Shown here: in pieces, positions 48,597 through 57,087 of the stretch
How positions within the stretch are numbered: position 1 is the stretch's first letter
Layout of the letters: each line of letters begins with the position of its first letter
From: Candidatus Latescibacterota bacterium
Lineage (GTDB): Bacteria; Latescibacterota; UBA2968; UBA8231
Length of the DNA: 64,000 nucleotides
Assembly: GCA_965215195.1 (NCBI GenBank)
Contig: CBDCDC010000002.1
Coordinates: 1,568,001-1,632,000 of the forward strand
Reading direction: 5' to 3'
Translations under genes and position numbers: made by a program
Notes under the pieces: generated by a model
Told to the model about the DNA's origin: nothing
What the model saw: the letters and a program-made list of their open reading frames with translations, nothing else
Database searches by the model: none

Positions 48597-50186
48597 TCAG
48601 ACGTGCGCCACGTCGAACGCCACGATGTTGCGAGTTTCCTTGCCAAACTCCACACCGACTAGGTGGATCGGCTGGCCCAAGTGGCGGTACTTATCGGCGT
48701 AGCCTTTCTCCTGCAACTGCGCCAACGCCGCGCCCGTAGCATCCTTCTCCACCGCCTTGAACTCAAACAGGTACACATGGTCGTTGAACCGGACCGCCAT
48801 GTCCGCGCGGCCTCGGGCACCGCTGTCCTCGGCCGTGATGTCCAACTCCGGCCCCAACGCCGCGAAGTGGGCGTGGAGCACGCTCGCGTAGTAGCCCTCG
48901 TAGTTGGCGAGGTCGTTCCTCACATGCCATTGGTACGGGATGTTGGCGAAAAACCCCTTGAACAGCGCCTCCATGCCGGCGAAGTCATTGGCCAGCAGCA
49001 GATCGTATAGCTGGTCGCTGTGATCCTCCCGCTGCATTCGGCTTCCCGCCAAGCGGTCCAGCAGGTTCTCGCTCAGGCTTTGCCGCACCTCCTGGTTCGG
49101 GTAGCCCAGCCGGTAGCGCGTCTGCCCGCGGCGGCGCTCCGCTGCATGGATGGTCAGGTAGCCGGTCTGGAACAGCAGGGCCTCCGTGGCAATGTCGTCC
49201 ACGTCGAAGGCGGACAGCAGGGCCTCGCTGGCCAGCCTGCCGTCCAGTGCCAGCGAGCCGACCCCGCGCTTGAGCAGCGTATCCACCAAGAACGTCGGCG
49301 TACCGGTCTCGAACCACCATGCTTTGAACTCGCGCGTGTCGAACAGCAGGAGGATGTCAAAGGGATTATAGACCTTCTCTCCCCCCAGCCAACTATAGCC
49401 GTTGTACCAAGCGCGGATCGCCGCCCGGTCCAAGCCCGGCAACTCGGGCGCGAACACTGCATCGAGGTCCGCCTCTGTGTAGCCGCAGATGGCCGAGTAG
49501 CGCGAATCGAGGGTGAGGTCTCGGAGGTTGTTCAGCCCCGAGAACAGACTGACCCTAGAGAACCTGCTCACCCCGGTCAGCAGCGTGAACTTGATGTGCG
49601 CGTCCGCGAACTTGATCGTCGAATACAGGCCGCGAAGGTAATTGCGGTTGGCGCGCGCCACCTGCGGCACTTCCAAGGCGTCCAAGATCGGCTTGTCGTA
49701 CTCGTCCACCAGCACCACGACGCGATGCCCGACCCGCTCGCGCAACGCCTCCACAAGATGGGCAAAACGCCCCGGCGCAGTCGCGTACTCAGGTGCCACA
49801 CCCTCCCGACGTGCGATGGCGGCCAGTTGCTCCATGACGTTCGCCTCGAGGTTGCCCGGCCTCGTGAAGTCGCCGCCGCTGAAATCGAGCCGCACCACCG
49901 GCCGGCGAACCGTCCAGTCCTCCCAACTATCGTGGATGGCCAACCCCCGGAACAGGGCCTCGTTCCCCTCGAACGCCTCCTTGATGGTGTCCACCAGAAG
50001 GCTCTTGCCGAACCGCCGAGGGCGCGACAGGAAGTAGTGCGTACCTTCGTCCGCCAACCGCTGGATGTAGGCGGTCTTATCGACGTAGTAGTACCCCCCC
50101 TCGCGAATCGTGCGAAAGGTCTGGAGGCCAATGGGCAGCTTGCGCCTCGGCTTTCCGACCCGGTCGTCAGGCTCTGTCCGCGTCAT
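48597..50186 (-). CDS. AAA-ATPase-like + PD-(D/E)XK nuclease (DUF1703-type), copy 2
   Basis: Same motifs; intact TGVSRFSRVSLFSGLNN. Confidence 0.9.
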   Translation of the reverse strand: MTRTEPDDRVGKPRRKLPIGLQTFRTIREGGYYYVDKTAYIQRLADEGTHYFLSRPRRFGKSLLVDTIKEAFEGNEALFRGLAIHDSWEDWTVRRPVVRLDFSGGDFTRPGNLEANVMEQLAAIARREGVAPEYATAPGRFAHLVEALRERVGHRVVVLVDEYDKPILDALEVPQVARANRNYLRGLYSTIKFADAHIKFTLLTGVSRFSRVSLFSGLNNLRDLTLDSRYSAICGYTEADLDAVFAPELPGLDRAAIRAWYNGYSWLGGEKVYNPFDILLLFDTREFKAWWFETGTPTFLVDTLLKRGVGSLALDGRLASEALLSAFDVDDIATEALLFQTGYLTIHAAERRRGQTRYRLGYPNQEVRQSLSENLLDRLAGSRMQREDHSDQLYDLLLANDFAGMEALFKGFFANIPYQWHVRNDLANYEGYYASVLHAHFAALGPELDITAEDSGARGRADMAVRFNDHVYLFEFKAVEKDATGAALAQLQEKGYADKYRHLGQPIHLVGVEFGKETRNIVAFDVAHV

Positions 50187-50204
50187 CGGCGTACTCCACT
50201 GATC

Positions 50205-51188
50205 TCACCGCACTTTCCGCGGCAGGAAGAAACCGAGGCCCCAGTTCAGGTGCATGGTCGCGAGGACCAGCGGGAGGAGGAGCGCGGCGAGCGTGCGGCG
50301 ACGGATTCCGACCACCAGCGATCCAACCGTCAGGGTGAGGACATAGCCGAGCGGCATCACCGCCGCCCAAGCACTTCCAGCCCCAGCTAGGCCGGCCGAG
50401 GCCGCCAAGCCCAGCACCAGCAGCGGGGCGGCGCTCTGTCGAAACCGCAGCGAGCGCGGATGCCGCCGCAACACCGCAGCCTTCATCCGGCCATAGTTGA
50501 AATACTGCCGGGCGAGGGCGCGCAGCGTACTGCGGGGCCGGTAGGCAACCGCTAACGCCGGATCGAACCACACCGTCTCCCCGTGTTGCCGCAGCCGGTA
50601 GTTGAGTTCGTAGTCTTCGTTGCCGAACAGGGTGGCGTCGTACCCGCCCACCGCGTCTAGGGCTTCGCGCCGGAACACGCCCAGATAGACGGTGTCGGTA
50701 GGCCCCTCGGGGCCGCCGAGCCGGTAGCGTACGCCCCCCGCCCCGAGGAACGTGGTCATCGCCTCCGCCACGGTCCGCTCGAAGAAGGTGGTGCCGACCG
50801 GCTGCTGCCGGCCGCCGACATTGGCCGCCCCGGTTCGCGCCAGCGTTTCGATGGCGCGCCGCAGGTATCCCGGCAATAGCATCGCATGGGCGTCTAAGCG
50901 CACGATGACCTCTCCGGTTGCTACCTTCATCGCCGCGACAATGCCGGGGGTGGTAAGCTGGTCCGGGTTGGGAATCAGCCGCACCGACGGGTATCGCTGG
51001 CGAACCACCTCGGCGGTAGCGGGGGTGTCGGATCCGTTGGCGACGAGCACCTCTACCGAACCCGCATAATCCTGAGACAGCACCGAGTCGAGGGCCGCCC
51101 CAATAGTCGCCTCCGCGTTGCGGGCCGGGATGACGACCGATACCGCGGGAAGCGGCCCGGAAGAAAATTGAGGGGGGGGATAAGTCAT
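50205..51188 (-). CDS. Glycosyltransferase family 2, ExoA-like
   Basis: RLDAH, GAANVGG, DTVYLG, NEDYELNYRLR, YRPRSTLRALARQYFNYG. Confidence 0.85.
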   Translation of the reverse strand: MTYPPPQFSSGPLPAVSVVIPARNAEATIGAALDSVLSQDYAGSVEVLVANGSDTPATAEVVRQRYPSVRLIPNPDQLTTPGIVAAMKVATGEVIVRLDAHAMLLPGYLRRAIETLARTGAANVGGRQQPVGTTFFERTVAEAMTTFLGAGGVRYRLGGPEGPTDTVYLGVFRREALDAVGGYDATLFGNEDYELNYRLRQHGETVWFDPALAVAYRPRSTLRALARQYFNYGRMKAAVLRRHPRSLRFRQSAAPLLVLGLAASAGLAGAGSAWAAVMPLGYVLTLTVGSLVVGIRRRTLAALLLPLVLATMHLNWGLGFFLPRKVR

Positions 51189-51227
51189 TGTTTTTTAACA
51201 ATTTACGTAATGTTTTTACAGGTTGAG

Positions 51228-51378
51228 CTTACAAAGGACACCAGCCCTCAGCCTGCCAAGGATCGAGGGCATCTTGCCCTCGTCGAGGGCGGGACGCCCT
51301 CGATCCCGCACCCAGCGGTAACAGCAGAAAAGGCGTACTCAAAGTAAGGGGTGCCTACTTTAGGTGGCGGGTACTAAG
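51228..51378. mobile_element. ~150-bp MITE (inverted copy of 31983)
   Basis: Flanked by CAGGTTGAG (51219-51227) and CAGGTCGAG (51379-51387); right end CGGGTACTAAG. Confidence 0.78.
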
Positions 51379-51537
51379 CAGGTCGAGAATCGGTGGTGTA
51401 TTACAACATCTCACGGCCTTGTATTCTATGGTCGCTACGTGAACAAATCAAGGGATGTTTGAAATTGCAGTCCCCGGATAAAGAGGCAGAACGTCCCCAA
51501 AAATTAAAAGGGACCCACTACCTATTTTTGCCATGCG

Positions 51538-51741
51538 CTAGCGTCCCCTAAACCACAGCTTGAGCACCGTCCCGCCCATAATCAGCTCTTTTTCCGCTGC
51601 GGAAAGATCCGGCAGATGCCAGTCGAGCAAATCCACCAGCTTCTGATACCCCGGCGAATCCGTACACCACATCATGCGATCCGCGCCGTAGGCCCGATAC
51701 ACATCCGCGTCTCTTGTTCCCGGCTTCGCTTGGAGCATCAT
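51538..51741 (-). pseudogene. Amidohydrolase C-terminal remnant
   Basis: VYRAYGADRMMWCTDSP...LSAAEKELIMGGTVLKLW. Confidence 0.6.
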
Positions 51742-51752
51742 CGGAGTGGAGC

Positions 51753-52679
51753 CTAGGGCACGTACTCGTGCAGATCTGCGATCCAGTTGTACCCCTCTCG
51801 GTCTTCCCACTTGTGGGCCCCGCCCATGACGAAAATTCGCTCGCCGACATTAGCGGTGGCCATCCAAGCCTTTTTTACCGGCATGGGGGTCTCGCTCGAC
51901 CAAGTGCCAGCGTCGATGTCGTACACTTCGACCTCGGTGTGATAGGGCACCGAGCCGCCCCAGCCGCCAAAAACATAGATTTTGCGCCCCACAGCTAAAC
52001 AGCCCGGATCGCAGCGCGGCGTGGGAATGGGCGGCAGCGGCGACCAACGGCCGCTATCTGGGTCGAAGACATTGAAGTCGGGCCGGGGTCCGTCGCCGCC
52101 GATCCCGGTCGCGACGTAGATCTTGTCTTCTACTACGGCGACTCCGGGCCCTTGCACTGCTTGGGGCAGGGGCACCCCCAAGGTCCAGCGGGCCGTGGCT
52201 GGATCGAAGACCTCAACCCGGGCTAGGTGCCGCTGGCCGATTGCTGGCTCGGCGTTCATGCTGTTGCCGCCGACCGCGTAGATCTTCCCCTTGCAGGCAA
52301 CGGCCACCAGCCCGGCTCGAGGTTTGCTCAAGGGCGCGGCTGCGGACCAAGTCTGCGTCTCTATATTCAAAATCTCGACGCTGTCGCGGATTTCAAAGTG
52401 GTAGTCGTCGCCGCTTTGCTGCTTTTCCTCGTCCGAGCGCACCCGCTTGCCGCCGCAGGCGTAAATCTCGTCGCCGATCCTCGCCGCCCCGAACCACCCC
52501 CGCTGCGTGGGAATGGGCGGTCCCGGCCGCCAAGTGTCGCTGGCTACGTCGTAGATCTCCACGGCGTGGACCGTCTGGTCGCCGGCCCCGGAAATGGCAT
52601 AGATCTCGCCTTCTACAGCAATAGCCTGTAGGTCGTGCCGATTGGTCGGCATCGGTGCTTTTTCGATCCACACTCCCAT
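51753..52679 (-). CDS. Kelch-repeat beta-propeller protein
   Basis: About six repeats of the KIYxxGG...VEVYD....W...P.P type; RBS AGGAGG. Confidence 0.88.
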   Translation of the reverse strand: MGVWIEKAPMPTNRHDLQAIAVEGEIYAISGAGDQTVHAVEIYDVASDTWRPGPPIPTQRGWFGAARIGDEIYACGGKRVRSDEEKQQSGDDYHFEIRDSVEILNIETQTWSAAAPLSKPRAGLVAVACKGKIYAVGGNSMNAEPAIGQRHLARVEVFDPATARWTLGVPLPQAVQGPGVAVVEDKIYVATGIGGDGPRPDFNVFDPDSGRWSPLPPIPTPRCDPGCLAVGRKIYVFGGWGGSVPYHTEVEVYDIDAGTWSSETPMPVKKAWMATANVGERIFVMGGAHKWEDREGYNWIADLHEYVP

Positions 52680-52728
52680 GTGCTCCTCCTTAATGTGCTT
52701 ACTGCGCAACGTCCGTTCCTAATTCTAC

Positions 52729-54690
52729 TCACCATATCAACACAAAATTGCCCTGCTTCCCGGTGATAAAGTCAATCACCAGCCACGTGCCGGCCACGAC
52801 AAAGGCCCCCAAGATCATGCCGACGAAAAAGTAGCGGGTCTGGCGGTACAAAACGCCCCCGCCGTACTTGAGCACCACGCCCTTTATCGCCCAAGCCAAA
52901 AAGACGTTGAACCACATCACCCCAGAGGTGAAGACCGTCCCGGTCATGGCCAAGCCCAGCGGATGAATGGGCCACCACATCACCCGCTGATGCACCCCGA
53001 TCAGCAGCCACATCAGCCCAGCGCCCAAGCCCGTGAACAGCCAGCCGCCCAACTCCGTAGTCGAGGGACTGCGCATCATCATCGAGATATAGGAGAGGGG
53101 AACCGAGGAAGAGGTGAGCCAGAACCAGCTATTGAGATTGATCCCGCCGTGCCGATAGGACAGGTACAGCACAATCCAAAACGCGCCCGCCAAAGTAACT
53201 ACCAAGGCCAGCACCAGACCCCAGAAAAAGGCCCGCTTGCTCCCCCGCACCACCTCGTGGATCATCTTCAGGCTGTTGGCACAGGCCGCCATGGGGAAGG
53301 TAACGATATCCGCCGTCCACGGATAGGTGTAAGCCAGCCCGGTCAAGCCCTTCGGCCCGAGGAAGGCCGAGCCCATGCTGGCCATGACAAAATCGGGCGC
53401 GATGAGCGGTGCCCGCACCAGCGCCACCCCGGCCTCGGCGACAATGCGCGACAAGGCAATGAAAATCAGCATGGCCACCGCGACTAAGAGCAAGACCGCC
53501 ACCAAGGGAATGCCCGAGGCTTCGAGCCACACTACCATGACGACCAACCCCACCAGCACCGTCCACAGAGCCGCCCGATACGACATAATCTCGTCGCCAT
53601 CGCGCTTGCCGCGGCGGCAAGCCCGGCGCGCCACTGCCAGCAAGTGGGAGCGGGCCTTCCACAGCGTATATAGCGCGAATACCAGCATGGCCCCGAGGGC
53701 CTGATGGGTCAGATAAGGGGAACTGGGATTGCTGAACCAGCCCAGTTTTTCCGTGCTGTGGACGCCGAGAATGTTGAAACAGCCCTGCTCAACCAAGGCC
53801 AGCAAATAGAAAAACCAGATGCCCAAGGCTAGGTTGCGGTTGATGAAATAGGAAAAACCCACCAGCGAAAAGGAAAACTCAAAGGGCAAATTGATGGTAT
53901 CGCGGAACAAGTACATACTGGAGCGAAAGTACAGCGACGGCCATTGCGGATAGTAATTGTGCAGGGCGTTGCAGCAGCCCACTAGGACGGGCAGGGCAAA
54001 ACCGATCCACATCTGCGGCTGGCGGAAGACCGCCCCGGCGCGCCCGTTGATCATCTCAATGGGGACCTGCATCATCGGATAGAGCAGGCGTTCCCCTTCC
54101 ATCCACGGCCGGCGCAAAAGCACCATCAGGCCAATTGACACCAAGTAGAGGGCGATGAGGAAAACAGACCAATAGCCCAACGCCTCCAGCCAGCCTGCCC
54201 AAGGCACCGGCACCTCCTTGGGCAGGCCCTCGTAGAAACCTTGGATCAACTGCTCATCGCTGGGGGCGATCCAAGCGGGGACATAGGGCTGGATCAGTTC
54301 ATCCCAATTGTTTTCGGGCGTGGCGTAATAGAAGACCCCGGTGATCATGGGCAGCAAGTGCTCGACCAAGCCAAAGGTGGGAATCGAGGCCGACACCATC
54401 ATCATGGCGTAGATCAGCACCAACTCTTCCCGCCTCAGCGCCAAATTGCGGGCCAAGGCGCCCACCAAGATATTGCCCAACACTAGATAGAAGAACAGGA
54501 AGAGAGCGACTGGGTTGCTAAAGCACCAAGCCATGAAGGTGCCTTGGATGATGGCGTTGGCGTAGATGGTGCCGACGCCAATGAGCAGACACAACAGGGC
54601 GCCCAACAAAAAGGCCCGGATTGAAAGGGGCTGGCTCGCTCCGGCAGGGGTCGTCCCCAAGTGGGCCTCGCTGATAAAGGTCGCGGCCAT
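52729..54690 (-). CDS. DUF6785/DUF6784-like polytopic membrane protein (paralog of 12855)
   Basis: RRPWMEGERLLYPM, WWPIHPLG; collinear with 12855. Confidence 0.78.
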   Translation of the reverse strand: MAATFISEAHLGTTPAGASQPLSIRAFLLGALLCLLIGVGTIYANAIIQGTFMAWCFSNPVALFLFFYLVLGNILVGALARNLALRREELVLIYAMMMVSASIPTFGLVEHLLPMITGVFYYATPENNWDELIQPYVPAWIAPSDEQLIQGFYEGLPKEVPVPWAGWLEALGYWSVFLIALYLVSIGLMVLLRRPWMEGERLLYPMMQVPIEMINGRAGAVFRQPQMWIGFALPVLVGCCNALHNYYPQWPSLYFRSSMYLFRDTINLPFEFSFSLVGFSYFINRNLALGIWFFYLLALVEQGCFNILGVHSTEKLGWFSNPSSPYLTHQALGAMLVFALYTLWKARSHLLAVARRACRRGKRDGDEIMSYRAALWTVLVGLVVMVVWLEASGIPLVAVLLLVAVAMLIFIALSRIVAEAGVALVRAPLIAPDFVMASMGSAFLGPKGLTGLAYTYPWTADIVTFPMAACANSLKMIHEVVRGSKRAFFWGLVLALVVTLAGAFWIVLYLSYRHGGINLNSWFWLTSSSVPLSYISMMMRSPSTTELGGWLFTGLGAGLMWLLIGVHQRVMWWPIHPLGLAMTGTVFTSGVMWFNVFLAWAIKGVVLKYGGGVLYRQTRYFFVGMILGAFVVAGTWLVIDFITGKQGNFVLIW

Positions 54691-54754
54691 TCGCTCCCAC
54701 CTCGCCCGTCGAGCACCCGACTCGCTATGGGGGTCTATAAACACAGAGGGGCTT

Positions 54755-55615
54755 TCAGGGCCGTCGGATACGGTCGGCGTTGCAGAAGTATATACCCTTT
54801 GCCAAGGCTTCGGAGTATAGCTGAATGGTTGAGCGGCACTCGGCGAATGTCTTCTCCAGCAACCGGACGCTCTCCGCCTGCAGAATTACCTCCCTCTGGT
54901 CTTCGGGGAGTGGCACGAAGACCAGTCTGTGCAAGGGCTCGGAGTCTTTAAGGCGTTGCAGCAGGCTTCTCAACCCCAAGGAGCGCAACAGGAGGGCCCC
55001 GGACGTTGCGAGAGTGGAGAGGACTAGGTTGCGGTGGCGAACCGATCTATTGGTGATTCGCGTCTCGACGCGCTCAAAGATGGATACTCCACAAAGGAGG
55101 CTCAGGTGGCGGAACACCTGCGCCGGACTCTCCACGAGCGTCGAAAACTCGAGCGAGAGCACATCGACGCCAAGGCGGTATATCTCTTCAAGCTGCTTGG
55201 GGGTCAACCTGTCTCGCACCACCGATTGTTCCAACCGGTTTGCGCCCAACCATGCCGCGAGGTGTCCCCGGCTCCTTCTGTACCGGACCATGGAGCGGGC
55301 CCTAGCGCAATGATCCCGGAGCAGGACGACGATCAGGATCCGGACGCCCTGGCCCTTTAACGCGGTCACGCCGGGGCCAAGCAAAGGGTCCTTGTACGCC
55401 AGATTGGAGATGTCGGCGAGGATGCTGCCTTCCCCGCTGAGCCGCCCGGACTTCTTCCAGAAACGCCGCGGCGACCAGTAGTAGCCTGCTTCCTTGATCT
55501 CTGGAAACGCAAACTGGGGATGCTGTCTAAGGTTTGCATAGAGGAAATCGGTCCCGGAGCGGCCCGGGCCGATCGCCAGCAGATAGTCGTAGTTGGGATG
55601 TTGGTCTTTATTCAT
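54755..55615 (-). CDS. Sulfotransferase-family protein
   Basis: AIGPGRSGTDFLY..LRQHP....IKEAGYY (PAPS-binding-type loop). Confidence 0.7.
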   Translation of the reverse strand: MNKDQHPNYDYLLAIGPGRSGTDFLYANLRQHPQFAFPEIKEAGYYWSPRRFWKKSGRLSGEGSILADISNLAYKDPLLGPGVTALKGQGVRILIVVLLRDHCARARSMVRYRRSRGHLAAWLGANRLEQSVVRDRLTPKQLEEIYRLGVDVLSLEFSTLVESPAQVFRHLSLLCGVSIFERVETRITNRSVRHRNLVLSTLATSGALLLRSLGLRSLLQRLKDSEPLHRLVFVPLPEDQREVILQAESVRLLEKTFAECRSTIQLYSEALAKGIYFCNADRIRRP

Positions 55616-55809
55616 GTCTCATACTGTGATACGCAGTTGAAAACGGTATCGCAATCAAGTATAGTCTTTTAGGAAAATGGCGAACACTCGGCTGCCCCGA
55701 ACAGCCGAAATGTGGCATTCGGGCAACTGGCTTTCAAGGAAAAAACTTTATTACCACTGACGCTCTGCCGCAACCAAGCACCTCCGGCCAACGGGAAGTA
55801 GTAATTCTG

Positions 55810-57087
55810 TTGGTCATCCAAGCAGTGTACATCGCCGTAGGCGTATTGACCCAAAGTCTCCTCGCCTACACCCTCTTGACTGAAGGCCGGGGTGCCTACT
55901 TCGTCTGCGCCCTCTTTGGAGACCTAGCCGGTGCCGTCTGTACGCTGGCCGCCGGGCGCGGGGTTCAGTACTTCGTAATGGCGAAACGCATGAGTGTTTC
56001 CGAGGGTACGTCCATCGCCCTTACCGTCTGTCTGCTGGGCAGCGCAGTGGCCGTGGCGGCCGCGTTGCCGTTAATCCACAGCGGGTTCAGCTTCTTTCTC
56101 AAAGCCGACAAAAGCTCGTTCTACCTCGCGCTCTTGCTGATTCCCTCCTCGTCCCTCGTGTTTGCCGCTCGGCTGCAAATGCAGGGACTGCGGCGGTTCG
56201 CGCAACTTGCGGGAATCTCCTTGGTTCAGGCGGCAGTCAAAGTAGTAGCCATTCCAATTCTGGTGTGGGGACTGGGCCTCGGCGTCAACGGAGCAATTCT
56301 GTCGTTGCTCCTAGGACACCTAGCCCTAATCGTGGCCTCGGTCGCAGACCTCCGGTGGCATTGCGGGCTTGTCTTGGAGTGGCCCTCTCGGGAGGGGATA
56401 AGGCGGGTGCTCATCTACGGTCTCAAGGAATACGTCGCCAGAATCGGCCAGTTACTGGACCCCCGGATCGGAGGTCTGCTGCTGGGCATCGTGGCCGGCC
56501 GCGCCGACATCGGGCTCTTTGCCACGGGCAACGCCCTGATAAATCGCTTCCTCACGCTCTCAACCGCAATCTCCACCAGTTTGCTGCCCCGGGTAGCCAG
56601 CGACGACAGGGGGCGGCCGGAACTGGCCGCTTTCTGCGCCCGCATTACGTGGTGGACCATCGGGGGCTTGGTCCTCGCCTGGTTCGCCATTAGCACTCCC
56701 CTAGTGCCCCTGCTCCTTTCGGAAGCCTTTACGCCGATAGTCCATCTGACCTGGATAATGTCCATCGGGGTGCTGGGCTATGCCGGTACGGAGATATTCG
56801 TGGCTTACTTCCGGGGAATCAATCGTCCCGAGGTTTTCTCCTATGCGATGTGGCTAAGCCTATCCGCCAACGTCGTCTTTTTCTTTGCCTTTTACCCGCA
56901 ATGGGGGCTGACGGGCGCAGCATGGGCTTTGACGGGCGGACTGCTCTGTCGCAGCTTTTTTCTGTGGTTGATGTTCCAGCGGGCCACCGGCTTACCCCTG
57001 TCCGCCGCCCTTATCCTTCGACGCACTGACGTGGCGTACTTGTGGACCGCCGGCGCGAGCTTGGTCCGTCGTACGGCAGCGCGATGA
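55810..57087 (+). CDS. wzx: Wzx-type flippase
   Basis: LLAYTLLTEGRGAY, LGVNGA, DIGLFA, PQWGLTGAAWA. Confidence 0.78.
   Translation: MVIQAVYIAVGVLTQSLLAYTLLTEGRGAYFVCALFGDLAGAVCTLAAGRGVQYFVMAKRMSVSEGTSIALTVCLLGSAVAVAAALPLIHSGFSFFLKADKSSFYLALLLIPSSSLVFAARLQMQGLRRFAQLAGISLVQAAVKVVAIPILVWGLGLGVNGAILSLLLGHLALIVASVADLRWHCGLVLEWPSREGIRRVLIYGLKEYVARIGQLLDPRIGGLLLGIVAGRADIGLFATGNALINRFLTLSTAISTSLLPRVASDDRGRPELAAFCARITWWTIGGLVLAWFAISTPLVPLLLSEAFTPIVHLTWIMSIGVLGYAGTEIFVAYFRGINRPEVFSYAMWLSLSANVVFFFAFYPQWGLTGAAWALTGGLLCRSFFLWLMFQRATGLPLSAALILRRTDVAYLWTAGASLVRRTAAR

Noticed and set aside
46889-50186. Diversity-generating retroelement template/variable repeat pair
   Set aside because: No reverse transcriptase in the window; the differences are block-wise, not adenine-specific
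31983-51378. A single composite transposon insertion
   Set aside because: The outer flanks (GAACACTC versus CAGGTCGA) do not form a target duplication, and the 51228 copy has its own TSD
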